From assembly GCA_963708185.1 (NCBI GenBank), contig OY970195.1, positions 128,001-192,000 of the forward strand: a stretch of DNA of 64,000 nucleotides, in the 5' to 3' direction. Of this stretch, positions 27,577 to 37,151 are shown in pieces. This DNA is from Candidatus Peregrinibacteria bacterium. GTDB lineage: Bacteria; Patescibacteriota; Gracilibacteria; UBA1369. Position numbers and translations under genes: made by a program. The notes beneath the pieces are model-generated. The model was given only the letters and a program-made list of their open reading frames with translations, made no database searches and was not told the DNA's origin. Numbering within the stretch: position 1 is the first letter of the stretch; every line of letters starts with the position of its first letter.

Positions 27577-27981
27577 TCAAACTCTTTTTTTCTCCTCTTT
27601 TCCGTTGAGGTAGACGCGCATTTCGGGATGGACTTCGACCTTCATCTGGCCTTCTTCGGTTTCGACGTTCATCTGGAAGAATTTTGGAGGAAGCTCGGAG
27701 ATGAGGTCGAAAAGCTTCTTGTTGGCATGAGCGATGTCTTCTTCTTTTTTGACCTTCATCTCTTTCAGTTTCACGTAGGACTGGTCCTTGAGGAGATCCA
27801 GCATCCATTGCTCTTCAAGGTCTTTGAGCTGGTGTTTGAGGTCTTTGTAGGTCTTTTTGAGGTCAACGTATTCCGTGCTGGTGATCTTTTCGTCCGCCCG
27901 CATATCCTTCTTGAGGTCGTGCAGTTCCTGTTTGAGTTTTTTGAGTTCTTTGAGGGCAAGGGAAATTTTGTCTTCGATCAT
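27577..27981 (-). CDS. Hypothetical coiled-coil protein
   Basis: 134-aa K/E/L-rich ORF with genome-typical codon usage, ending before the terminator. Confidence 0.7.
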   Translation of the reverse strand: MIEDKISLALKELKKLKQELHDLKKDMRADEKITSTEYVDLKKTYKDLKHQLKDLEEQWMLDLLKDQSYVKLKEMKVKKEEDIAHANKKLFDLISELPPKFFQMNVETEEGQMKVEVHPEMRVYLNGKEEKKRV

Positions 27982-28021
27982 AGCTGAAAGGTGAATAAAA
28001 GGATGAGTCTGGAGATGAAAC

Positions 28022-28096
28022 TGGTAGCGCCAAGGGGAATTGAACCCCTGTTGACGGATTGAAAATCCGCTGTCCTAACCACTAGACGATGGCGCC
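28022..28096 (-). tRNA. tRNA-Glu(TTC)
   Basis: GGCGCCATCGTCTAGTGGTTAGGAC...anticodon loop TT-TTC-AA...GGTTCAATTCC...GGCGCTACCA; cloverleaf with encoded CCA. Confidence 0.95.
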
Positions 28097-28152
28097 GCAG
28101 TGTTTTGTTCACGACCGATTTTGGGATGTTTGGCGTGAAATTTTGCTCTGAA

Positions 28153-28180
28153 AGTATAGCGATTCGGGCTTGCTTGTCAA
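28153..28180 (-). promoter_or_regulatory. Sigma70-type promoter upstream of tRNA-Glu
   Basis: TTGACA-N16-TATACT. Confidence 0.65.
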
Positions 28181-28203
28181 TTTTTAGGGGTGTGGTTTTC
28201 TCT

Positions 28204-28279
28204 TGGTGTACCTGGCGGGGTTCGAACCCACGACCTCAGCCTCCGGAGGGCTGCGCTCTTCCAGCTGAGCTACAGGTAC
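28204..28279 (-). tRNA. tRNA-Arg(CCG)
   Basis: GTACCTGTAGCTCAGCTGGAAGAGC, cagcc-CT-CCG-GA-ggctg, GGTTCGAACCC, ACCA end. Confidence 0.95.
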
Positions 28280-28316
28280 GTCCTCGCTTTTTTTGACCTC
28301 CACTTTCCGGCTTTTG

Positions 28317-28685
28317 TTATTTTTTTGGTGCGTTGGGGTCCTGGATGTAGGCGGTGTTTTCCGGCGGTTTCATGTTTTTTCCGGCTATTTTCGCTTCAAT
28401 GGTTCGGTAGGCCTGGGCGTTGATGATTTTTTCGATGAGCTGCCGGTTCACACTGAGAAAGTTTTCTTTATCCACCTGCTGTTGTTGCAGGATGTAGCCT
28501 TTTTGCGTGGCCTGGCTGGTGTTGAGCAAAAAGACGATGCTCAGGATCACGATGATCGTCAGTAACGTAAAAATCAGGAGATAGATGCTTTTTTTTATCT
28601 CCTGGGACAACGTCGCCCTGCGGGGAATGATCTTCCCTTCTTTCTTACGGTATTTGATGTCCTCAAACGAGAGCGGGTTTCCCAT
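28317..28685 (-). CDS. Bitopic membrane protein with coiled coil (FtsL-like topology)
   Basis: Basic N-terminus, one TM helix, short coiled coil. Confidence 0.55.
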   Translation of the reverse strand: MGNPLSFEDIKYRKKEGKIIPRRATLSQEIKKSIYLLIFTLLTIIVILSIVFLLNTSQATQKGYILQQQQVDKENFLSVNRQLIEKIINAQAYRTIEAKIAGKNMKPPENTAYIQDPNAPKK

Positions 28686-28694
28686 GGTGGGGGT

Positions 28695-29639
28695 TTACGG
28701 TTGCTGGATGATTTTGTACTGCATGAAGATGATGCCGGTGCTCGGACTGGCGATGGCGCTGAAGGCCGATTTTGAAAGATCCAGTTCGACGCCGGTGGCG
28801 TAGGGGCCGCGGTCGTTGACTTTGATATCGACGCTTTGGCCGTTGGCGGCATTGGTCACCCGCAGGATCGTTCCAAACGGGAGTGTTTTGTGGGCTGCGG
28901 TATACACCGCAGGGTCGTATACGTCGCCGCTTGAGGTTCCGTGTCCCGCCAGGGCATCGGCGTAATAGGTGGCGCGACCGAACGTATAACCGTTGCTGCT
29001 TTCGAGGAGCCGGTAGATGAGTTCGGCGAAATCCCCGCGGTTCATGGTCTGGTCCGCTTCAAGCGCTCCGCCGTCGGAACGGGTTTCGGTGAAAAGCGTG
29101 CGGTCTCTGGCGACTTGGGCGTATGGGGCGAACCAGACGTCGACGGGAACGTCGCTGTAGGGAGGGTCCGTCACGTTGACCGGAAGTTCGTGGTTTTCCT
29201 CGAGCAAAGCCATTTTGAGGCTTTCCACCTTGTTGATGGTCCGTTCGGGGTGGAAGAGCCCGTCGGGGTAGCCGCTGATGATGCCGTTATCCTGACCTTT
29301 TTGGACGTATTGAGCGAACCAGGCGTCTGCCGGCACGTCGGAAAAAGTTTTGATCGCCGCCACGGTCTTGTCGGTGGGACGGCTGACGACGCCGAGAATG
29401 ATTTTAAGGGCTTCGGCGCGGTTGATTTCCTTGAGCGGCTGGAAGGTTCCATCGGCGTAGCCGTCGATGATGCGGCGGTCTTTGAGAAATTTGATGGCAA
29501 TGTAGTGGTCATCGCCAACGTTGACGTCGCTGAAAGCGGGTTCGGCGGCCTGGTCGGAAGGTACCGCCTGAGCAAAAGCTGATCCGCCAAGGTTTGCGAC
29601 GCACATCAAGCCGATGATGAGGGAAAAAGTTTTCTTCAT
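28695..29639 (-). CDS. rlpA: SLH-domain protein fused to an RlpA-like double-psi beta-barrel lytic transglycosylase
   Basis: Signal peptide, three SLH repeats (GYADGTFQP..INRAE etc.), TAAHKTLPFGT, VNDRGP, DLS..AF. Confidence 0.85.
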   Translation of the reverse strand: MKKTFSLIIGLMCVANLGGSAFAQAVPSDQAAEPAFSDVNVGDDHYIAIKFLKDRRIIDGYADGTFQPLKEINRAEALKIILGVVSRPTDKTVAAIKTFSDVPADAWFAQYVQKGQDNGIISGYPDGLFHPERTINKVESLKMALLEENHELPVNVTDPPYSDVPVDVWFAPYAQVARDRTLFTETRSDGGALEADQTMNRGDFAELIYRLLESSNGYTFGRATYYADALAGHGTSSGDVYDPAVYTAAHKTLPFGTILRVTNAANGQSVDIKVNDRGPYATGVELDLSKSAFSAIASPSTGIIFMQYKIIQQP

Positions 29640-29672
29640 GATCGTGGCTTATCGTTAATAGCTGAAACAAAC

Positions 29673-30122
29673 CTACGCTTTGGGTTTGATGGTGATATGG
29701 CGGAAATCGCCTTCGCCCACACTTTCAGTCATCAGGTTTTCAAATTTTTCGGCAAGGTGGAGATGAACTACGCGGCGGAAGTACGGCGACATTGCCGGCA
29801 GAGACTGGGGCTGCTGGGTCTTCATCACCATGTCGGCTTTGCGGTCGGCAAGTTTGATGACGTTTTCTTCCTGGCGTTTGCGGTAGTCGTCGACATCCAG
29901 AAGAATCTTGTATTCACCCGGCTGCTGTTTCCAGATGATGATCTTGAGCAGGTTCTGGAGAGCGAAGATGTTTTCGCCGTGGTGTCCGATAAGCAGGCTC
30001 GGTTCCTCGCTTTCGATGTTGATGCGGTAGGTATCGTCGCGTTTGTCGATCTTGATTTTGCGGAAGGGAGTGGAGATGCGGTTCAAAATTTCCTCAATTG
30101 TTTCCTGGAGCAATGTTTCCAT
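29673..30122 (-). CDS. jag: Jag/EloR (KhpB) RNA-binding protein with KH and R3H domains
   Basis: LLIGHHGE..ALQ, DVDDYR, RRVVH, ESVGEG; follows yidC. Confidence 0.88.
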   Translation of the reverse strand: METLLQETIEEILNRISTPFRKIKIDKRDDTYRINIESEEPSLLIGHHGENIFALQNLLKIIIWKQQPGEYKILLDVDDYRKRQEENVIKLADRKADMVMKTQQPQSLPAMSPYFRRVVHLHLAEKFENLMTESVGEGDFRHITIKPKA

Positions 30123-30160
30123 AATTTTTTAAAATATTAAATAAGTAAGAGATTGGTATG

Positions 30161-31528
30161 TTAGGTTTTTTCCACGACGCGGACTTTGACATGCTCTTTT
30201 TCGGCTTGTTTATTGACGAAGAGCTGCTGGATGATGCCATAAGCCGTCGAGGCGCTCCAGTATATACCCACACCGGCGGGAACGGAAGCCGTGAAAATGG
30301 CGATCATCACAGGCATGAAGTAAAGCATCATGTTGCTTGCGGTATCCATCTGGGTCTTCTTGGCCGGTTTGTTGTCGTTCGTCTGGTTTTTCTTGGTGCG
30401 GGCGAAAGCGAGTTTCATCTGCGTGAACTGAAGGCCTCCGACGAAAAGCGGCAGAAGAATGGTGTTGATTTTGGTCAGGTCGAGGATTCCCAGGAAGATC
30501 ACGCTGATCGAATTGTAATCGAAATTTTTCAACCCGTCGTAGAGGAGGTAGGCGTTGTCCGGATTCAACCCGTCTTTCACCACGTAATAGAGCGCGATGA
30601 GAAGCGGAAACTGGATGAGCATGGGAAGACAGCTGCCGAGGGGATTGACCTTGTGTTCCTGCATGACGGCGAGCGTTTCTTTTCCGATCATTTCCTGGTT
30701 GTCCTTGTATTTTTCTCGGATCTTGTCGAGTTTGGGCTGGACGTCCTGCATTTTACGCTGGGCGACGAGGGCTTTCTGGTTCGGAATCAAAAGGATCGTC
30801 CTGATGAGGATCGTCAATAAAATAATACCAAGACCGAGACCGTGGCCGGGAACCAGGCTCATGATGAAGATGAGCGAGTTATAGATAGGTTGGTAGAAAA
30901 TGGTGATCCAGATCCATCCGATGATGCCCTGGGGCTTGATCTGGAATTCATTGGATTCGACGATTTGCGAAACGAGTTGTGGTTCGCTCCCGGTTGCGCT
31001 TTGTGCCGTTTCCTGCGACTGTGCGGACTGGGTGGTGCCAACCGCAGCCATTGCCTGCTGGGATTCGGTCATGCCGGTCTGTTGAGTCTGAGCCGTTGCA
31101 TCCGTCGGTTGCTGGACCCAGACGACGGCCTGAACTTTATAGTTGCCCACTTCGCTGAAAAGCGCGTGGTTCCAGTTGGCGAAAGTGATGGTGTGTTTCT
31201 CGCCCGGATTGATGACGATGTCCGTGGCGTCTTCGCAGGAAATCTGCGCCGCTTTGTGCTTCTGGACCCACTGGCCGTTGACCTGTTCCAGGACGTTGAG
31301 GGGTTCGTTCGGACAGTTGTTTTTTAATGTAATCGGATTCGGGGTGTCGTTTTTGAGGTCTGCGCTCACGGTGCTTCCGACTTCAAAGTCGGTGTGAATC
31401 GGAGTGAGGGTGATCGTGTTCTGAGGCTGCTGGTTCTGGTCTCCCGGTTTGAAGAAAAAGCTGAAAACAAGGTTGACGATCAAAAAGATGATGACAAACG
31501 TCAGGATATTTTGGAGGTGTTTTTTCAT
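30161..31528 (-). CDS. yidC: Membrane protein insertase YidC
   Basis: GIILLTILIR, MQDVQP, NPLGSCLPMLIQFP, PAGVGIYW. Confidence 0.92.
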   Translation of the reverse strand: MKKHLQNILTFVIIFLIVNLVFSFFFKPGDQNQQPQNTITLTPIHTDFEVGSTVSADLKNDTPNPITLKNNCPNEPLNVLEQVNGQWVQKHKAAQISCEDATDIVINPGEKHTITFANWNHALFSEVGNYKVQAVVWVQQPTDATAQTQQTGMTESQQAMAAVGTTQSAQSQETAQSATGSEPQLVSQIVESNEFQIKPQGIIGWIWITIFYQPIYNSLIFIMSLVPGHGLGLGIILLTILIRTILLIPNQKALVAQRKMQDVQPKLDKIREKYKDNQEMIGKETLAVMQEHKVNPLGSCLPMLIQFPLLIALYYVVKDGLNPDNAYLLYDGLKNFDYNSISVIFLGILDLTKINTILLPLFVGGLQFTQMKLAFARTKKNQTNDNKPAKKTQMDTASNMMLYFMPVMIAIFTASVPAGVGIYWSASTAYGIIQQLFVNKQAEKEHVKVRVVEKT

Positions 31529-31884
31529 GAAGTTTTCGTAATATTCTTCAAAAGTTGGACAATGGTCTTGGTGAGATCCTGAAAGTTCAGTTTGGTCAGG
31601 GGAGTCTTGGCAATAACGACAATGTCAGCAGAGAAGGAGGGCAGTTCGGGATGGAGTCTGAAAACTTCGTAGATCTGACGACGGAGATGGTTCCTTTCGA
31701 CCGCTTTCGGAAATATTTTGGTACTGACGATAACGCAAAAGCGGCTTTGGGGTTGTTGTGTGGTGAGATACTTGACGGTGAAAAAGAGATTCCCGTTTTT
31801 CCTGCCTCCTTCGGTGGATCTGCGACCTTTTCTTAAAAGGTATTCAATGCGATTGCTTGTTAGACGTTGGGACTTGGGCAACAT
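31525..31884 (-). CDS. rnpA: Ribonuclease P protein component
   Basis: MLPKSQRL, VSTK..KAVERNHLRR (RNR motif), DIVVIAK; lies between rpmH and yidC. Confidence 0.9.
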   Translation of the reverse strand: MLPKSQRLTSNRIEYLLRKGRRSTEGGRKNGNLFFTVKYLTTQQPQSRFCVIVSTKIFPKAVERNHLRRQIYEVFRLHPELPSFSADIVVIAKTPLTKLNFQDLTKTIVQLLKNITKTS

Positions 31885-31928
31885 AGAAAGAGGCAAAGGC
31901 ACGGATCACAGCAGAAGAAGCGCCCTTT

Positions 31929-32072
31929 TTAACGTTTGCGGTCGCTTACGGTTAAACTATAGCGTCCTTTTGCCCTGCGGCGGGCTAAAACTTTGCGTCC
32001 GTTTTTGGTAGCCATCCTGGATAGAAATCCATGGGTCTTGGCATGCTTCCTTTTCTTAAGTTTCGTCAGCAT
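31929..32072 (-). CDS. rpmH: 50S ribosomal protein L34
   Basis: [26 protein letters not shown]. Confidence 0.95.
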   Translation of the reverse strand: MLTKLKKRKHAKTHGFLSRMATKNGRKVLARRRAKGRYSLTVSDRKR

Positions 32073-32173
32073 GTGAACAATTGAATAAAATGATATGGTC
32101 GAGATTTTTCCGGGCCTCTTCTTCCCCAGCGACTCGGCCCAAAGAGGATAGCTTTTGGGCGTCTGTATGTCAA

Positions 32174-32452
32174 TTATTTCTTTTTCGAAAGCTTCATTTC
32201 TTCCACGAGAGCCGTTCCGGCGCCGCTGAGGCTGCCGATGAGCGCCCCAAAGCTCATGCCGAGCATGGTGACGACTTCTATCGGGATCATGGTTATAGGG
32301 TAGATATTTGCGGCAACGGCCATTCTTACCGACATGACGATGGCTTCGAGTCCCCATATCAAAAGCCCGAGTAACAGACCAGCGATAATACCGAGGATCG
32401 CCCCGGATACTCCTTTATAGATGACTTTCGCGAAAAGTGTTTTTTTGTTCAT
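32174..32452 (-). CDS. Small Gly-rich membrane protein
   Basis: Two hydrophobic GxxxG helices. Confidence 0.65.
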   Translation of the reverse strand: MNKKTLFAKVIYKGVSGAILGIIAGLLLGLLIWGLEAIVMSVRMAVAANIYPITMIPIEVVTMLGMSFGALIGSLSGAGTALVEEMKLSKKK

Positions 32453-33035
32453 TTGCCTGGAAAGTTAGGAAATTCTTGAGGATTTTTTTGCCCTCGGGCG
32501 TTTTAAAGGATTCCGGGTGGAATTGTATCCCAAAAAGAGGGTATTGGCTATGCTGGAGCCCCATGATGGTTCCTTCGGTGCGGACGCGGGCAGTAACGGT
32601 GAGCTCTTTGGGGAAGTTTTTGTCGGAAACACACAACGAGTGGTAACGCATGGCGGTAAAGGGAGTCTTTATTCCTTTGAAGATGCCTTTCCCGTTGTGT
32701 TCAATGAGGCTGGTTTTGCCGTGCATGATTTTGGGGGCGTGTTCGATGGTTCCGCCGAAAGCCGCGGCGATGCCCTGATGTCCGAGGCAGACTCCGAGCA
32801 GGGGGGTCGTGGGGCCGAACTTGAGAATGATCTCGCGGCATATACCGAAATCTTCAGGATTTTTCACGGTACCCGGTCCTGGTGAAACGATGATGTGCGT
32901 CGGGTTCATTTTTTGGGCCTCTTTGACGGTCAGTTTGTCGTTGGCGTAGACCACGGGGTTTCCCTTGAGTTCCGCAACGTACTGGTAGAGGTTCCAGGTA
33001 AAGGAGTCGTAATTGTCGATGATAAGGGTTTTCAT
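32415..33035 (-). CDS. Class I glutamine amidotransferase, TrpG/PabA type
   Basis: IDNYDSFT, SPGPG, GVCLGHQ, RYHSL, QFHPES. Confidence 0.9.
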   Translation of the reverse strand: MKTLIIDNYDSFTWNLYQYVAELKGNPVVYANDKLTVKEAQKMNPTHIIVSPGPGTVKNPEDFGICREIILKFGPTTPLLGVCLGHQGIAAAFGGTIEHAPKIMHGKTSLIEHNGKGIFKGIKTPFTAMRYHSLCVSDKNFPKELTVTARVRTEGTIMGLQHSQYPLFGIQFHPESFKTPEGKKILKNFLTFQANEQKNTFRESHL

Positions 33036-33119
33036 GGGGAAGACAGGGGGTATGTTTTCTTGCAGTTTCAAGGATTTTATTGTATCTTTTGCGGGAAAGT
33101 ATTTCAAAATGAAAAAACT

Positions 33120-35190
33120 ATGTCTCTACGGACTCAATATGAATTTCTATTCGTAGGTAGGGATGAAGACAGCTTCGTGGAAAATTACGCCTACGACCTT
33201 GGTGAAGGGGGAGAACGCATCGGAAAAATATTCATCAACCTGGAAATTCAGAATAATCCTGCGGAAGCCGAGGACATCGGGGAGTTGATTTTTGACTCCC
33301 TTCGCAAGAAGTTTTTTGCGGACCTGGAAGACGATCCGTATGTGCGTTTTGAAAAAGCTTTGAAGGAAGTGAACCGTGAACTGAAGAATCTTCGTTCACA
33401 GAAGTCTTCGCAGTTCCTCGGGAACCTCCATGTGATTATCGCTGCCATCGTCGATAACAACATTTTCCTGACTCAGTGCGGCGAGGCTGAGGCTTATTTG
33501 ATCCGCAGAAAATATTGCAGCGTCATCAGCGACGACCTCTATGATCCTGAATCCAAGGATTTTTTCACGAACATCGCCAGCGGAACGATTGAGCCGGAAG
33601 ATTTCGTCCTGCTCAGTTCCACAAGGCTTTTGCGTTACATCAGCAAGAACGATTTCGCCAGGATAGGTTCATCGAAAAGCCTGGTCGGAGCCCTGGGCGA
33701 AGCTCCGTGATTTTCTTTCGGCAGAAGTTCTGGGGAAAATGGCTTTTATCGGCATTCACGCCGGTTTTGCCGCTGAACTCAACGATCAGGAAAAATCCAG
33801 GGTCGTTTCCCACCTCCAGAAAGAAGAGCGGGTCTCCACGGCGTCCGGTTCGGAAAAACAGCAGATCAATGTCGTCCTTATGGAAGCCGTGCGGAAGCTT
33901 TCCAATACCGTCAAGGATTTAAGCGGCAAGCTTTCCACCCAATCCAAATCAGGAAGTACCGGAAGGGTCGTGCGTGGCGGGCAGGGCAGCAAGAGTTTTT
34001 TCAGTTTCAGCAACTGGTCACGCGACAAGATTCTCGCATCCATCATCGTCATCGTTCTGGTGCTTACCGCCGGTGTCTGGTGGATACGGACCCGCGCCGA
34101 TGAACAGCAGAAGATCGATCATTACGTCTCCATTTTGAATGACGTGAAGGAAGAGATCAGTTCAGCCCAGACGACCGGACAATATAACAAGGACCAGGCC
34201 GCCCAGATGCTCACCGACGCCGAACAGAAAGCGTTGACGGTTTTGAATTCCGGTTACGCCCGCAGCGATGCGAGGACCTACCTGGATTCCATCCAGACGA
34301 CGCGGGATCAGCTCGACGGGGTCGTTCATCCGCAGGCTCGCGTCCTTGCCGATCTTTCCACCAAACGGGCCAACGTGAGCGCGCTCGGACTGTTGGCGCT
34401 TAAAGGCAATTTGTTCGCTTTCGAATATAACGCTCTGTATCCGATCCTTGCCGACCAGATCCAGGATCCGTTGACGATCGATCAGAACGAGACGGTCATT
34501 GCCGGTACTACGTTCGACGATCAGAATGCACTCCTTTTCTATACCAAATCCGGCAAGGTCATTCAGTACAAGGACAACAGGATGAGTTTCGTCCAGGCCG
34601 CTGAAGGTTCATTTCATAAAGGCGTGGATGTTGAGGCCTATAACAATAAATTCTATATTCTTGACCCGGATTCCAACCAGATATGGAAGTACACCGTCCT
34701 TCGCGACAAGTTTGATAACGCCCAGCAGTACAACATCGACGGGGATCTCAAGAATGCAGTATCTTTCGCCATCGACGGGAACATTTACGTGTTGAACAAG
34801 GATGGTTCGATCACCAAGCTTTTGAGCGGAAACAAGCAGGATCTCACCCTGAAACGTCAGCCGGTGAAGCCGCTTACCGCTCCGACAAGGATTTTTACTC
34901 AGCTCGATATGCAACAGGTATTTTTCCTGGAACCGAGCGAGCACCGCGTGATGATTTATTACAAGGACGACAAGACTGGCGGGCTCACTTACCAGTCGCA
35001 ATACGTGTTTGACGACATAAACGACATGCGCGATCTCTATGTCGACGTCAACAGCAACAAGCTCTATCTGCTTGATGCCACCAAGATTTACGAAGTCGAC
35101 ATGAACTCGCTCGCACCGGCCACGGTGACGACTGCAACGGTTCCTGCCGAGACGCAGCAGACGCAAGCTACGGGAGCAACCGGAAACTGA
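33120..35190 (+). pseudogene. Membrane protein: degenerate PP2C-like N-domain, TM helix and extracellular beta-propeller; +1 frameshift near 33702 (possible sequencing error)
   Basis: N-terminal ORF (GEAEAYLIR, SGTIEPEDFVLLSS) joins the 33739 frame as LGE|LRDFLSAEVLGKM if one base is removed; YILD/IYVL/LYLLD propeller blades. Confidence 0.65.
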
Positions 35191-35191
35191 T

Positions 35192-36196
35192 CTAAAGAAT
35201 CTGTTCTTCGAAGACTTTCATGTCCACGTTCAGTTTGGACTCTTTTTTGAGCGAATAGAACGAGAAGAAACCTGCCGGGATTGGCAGCCAGAATGAGATG
35301 AAGCGGTAAATGAGCGTCGCTCCGATGGCGATGGTGGGGTCGATGTGGGCCTCGAGGAAAATAAGGATGAGCGAGGCTTCGGCGGCGCCGATGCCCGCCG
35401 GAGCGAGCGTGATTTTACTGAAGAGGAGCGACGCGGCGTAGGCGAAAATAATGACGGTGATGTCCGGAAACGTGCCGAGAGCCAGGAAAGAGAAGGCCAG
35501 CGTGGAAATATTGGCCGCGTAATACAGAAGACTCGCTATAAGGCTCTGAGTGATGAGCCATGGATGATCCTTGATGCGTTTGGTGTAGGTCTTGCGGTTT
35601 TTGGCAAAAGAAAAGAAGGGTTTAGCCCATTTGTATTTGCCGAACATTTTTTTTAGTTTTCCGAAGAGATGGTGTCTTGAAATGTACAGACTCAAAATGA
35701 CGAGCGTGGCGATGGCGACGCTGATGAAGATGATGGAGGTATTGAGTGCGGCGGTGATGCTCTGCAGGAAGAAACTGGGAACGATGAAAAGCAAGATGAG
35801 CAGGAGATGGGTGATTGCCGTCCAGCAGATGGTGAGAAAAATGAATTTTTCGGTGTCAACGCCCATTTTGCGGTAAAAGTGGTAGGCCGCAGCCATGCCT
35901 CCCGCTTCTCCCACGGGGAGGATGTGTGCGGCGAACACGTTGAGTGAGGCGATGCGCATCGAATCCTTGAAGCGGACCTTGATGTCGGCAACCTTTAAAA
36001 GCAGCTGGGAGAACCATCCGTCTCCCACATACTGGAAGACCTGGGAAAAAAGCGCCGCAAAAATAAAACGGTAATCAATGTGGTCCTTGAGGTCCCATAA
36101 TTTCGAGAAGTCGTTGATATGTGGAGCCAGCCTGCTCACCGCGAGAGCAACGATGGCTACGATAATGAAATACTGGAGTATTTTAAAAAATTTCAC
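35192..36196 (-). CDS. Lysylphosphatidylglycerol synthase TM-domain / flippase-like protein (UPF0104)
   Basis: Multi-TM protein, LPVGEAGG, PAGIGAAE, YRFISFWLP. Confidence 0.82.
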   Translation of the reverse strand: MKFFKILQYFIIVAIVALAVSRLAPHINDFSKLWDLKDHIDYRFIFAALFSQVFQYVGDGWFSQLLLKVADIKVRFKDSMRIASLNVFAAHILPVGEAGGMAAAYHFYRKMGVDTEKFIFLTICWTAITHLLLILLFIVPSFFLQSITAALNTSIIFISVAIATLVILSLYISRHHLFGKLKKMFGKYKWAKPFFSFAKNRKTYTKRIKDHPWLITQSLIASLLYYAANISTLAFSFLALGTFPDITVIIFAYAASLLFSKITLAPAGIGAAEASLILIFLEAHIDPTIAIGATLIYRFISFWLPIPAGFFSFYSLKKESKLNVDMKVFEEQIL

Positions 36197-36224
36197 TGTT
36201 CAGGGGTGACGAAGTTTGAACTCT

Positions 36225-37058
36225 TTATCGCCTTACAATGAGCTCCTGATCTTTTTCGCTGTTGAATTTTCCGAATTCGTACTCGAATTTTACCCTTTTG
36301 ATGTTGAGCAGGTAGCATGAACCCCAGACAGCGTATTTGAACCATACGCGGGCGCGTCCCTCTTCATCGAATCTGCGGGTGTTGAAGATGATGTTGGTTG
36401 ATTTCAACATACGGAATTTGCCTATTTCGCTGATTTTCTTGATGTAGTCGAGGTCTTCGCAGGTCGGAAGTTGGGGGTTAAATCCTCCGATGGCGAGATG
36501 GACGTTCTTTTTGACGATGATGCCCGCACCCGCCGATCCCGGACGCTTGGTGTACTGGAGCGGATTGAGAATGCAGTGGTGGTAAAAAGAGAACACCGCC
36601 TTGTCCACGAATTTTTCCGAATCGGGTTCGAGGTGGCAGCCGGCTCCGTCGAGATTCCGGCGTTTGACTTCCAGGTAGGCGTTGCGCAGGAAGTTCGGGG
36701 GAATGCGCGTATCCGCGTCCAAAAACGCGATCAAGTCGGCATTGGCGTGCGCGGCTCCGTTATTTCGGGCAATGGATACGCCTTTCACCGGTGCAGGGAT
36801 GAAACGAATGCTTTTGTGGGGATTGAAGCGGGCGATGGTCCGGACGATCTGTTCAGTTCTGTCGGTACTGCCGCTGTCGGACACGATGATTTCGTAATTC
36901 ATGTCCTGGTTGAGAACTTCCGTGAGCAGGTCTCCGATGAAACCCTCTTCGTTGAGGGTCGGGATGACGATGCTCATGTAAGGTTTTTTGGAAATACGCT
37001 GGAAATGACGATCGTTGCTGATTTCAGATACGGTCTTGAGCGGTGAAAGTTCGGTCAT
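36225..37058 (-). CDS. Glycosyltransferase family 2
   Basis: SIVIPTLNEE, DSGSTD, ARNNGA, FLDAD, GGF, CED. Confidence 0.9.
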   Translation of the reverse strand: MTELSPLKTVSEISNDRHFQRISKKPYMSIVIPTLNEEGFIGDLLTEVLNQDMNYEIIVSDSGSTDRTEQIVRTIARFNPHKSIRFIPAPVKGVSIARNNGAAHANADLIAFLDADTRIPPNFLRNAYLEVKRRNLDGAGCHLEPDSEKFVDKAVFSFYHHCILNPLQYTKRPGSAGAGIIVKKNVHLAIGGFNPQLPTCEDLDYIKKISEIGKFRMLKSTNIIFNTRRFDEEGRARVWFKYAVWGSCYLLNIKRVKFEYEFGKFNSEKDQELIVRR

Positions 37059-37151
37059 AACATGATCTCAATTATGAACTTGGACTGTTTGAAATTTGTC
37101 GGGGAATTTCTAAGCTATAAACTAGCATTGAACGGCTTTCGGTTCAAGCAT

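Noticed and set aside
24740-28279. Prophage or integrative element at the tRNA genes
   Set aside because: No integrase, terminase, capsid gene or duplicated tRNA 3' end was found
32073-32173. Replication origin next to rpmH
   Set aside because: No dnaA or dnaN gene is adjacent and I see no cluster of DnaA boxes
33708-33710. TGA read-through (genetic code 25) as the explanation for the split gene
   Set aside because: The downstream part is in a different frame, and TGA ends other genes cleanly (ferredoxin at 13364, the gene ending 35190, the lipoprotein at 44236)
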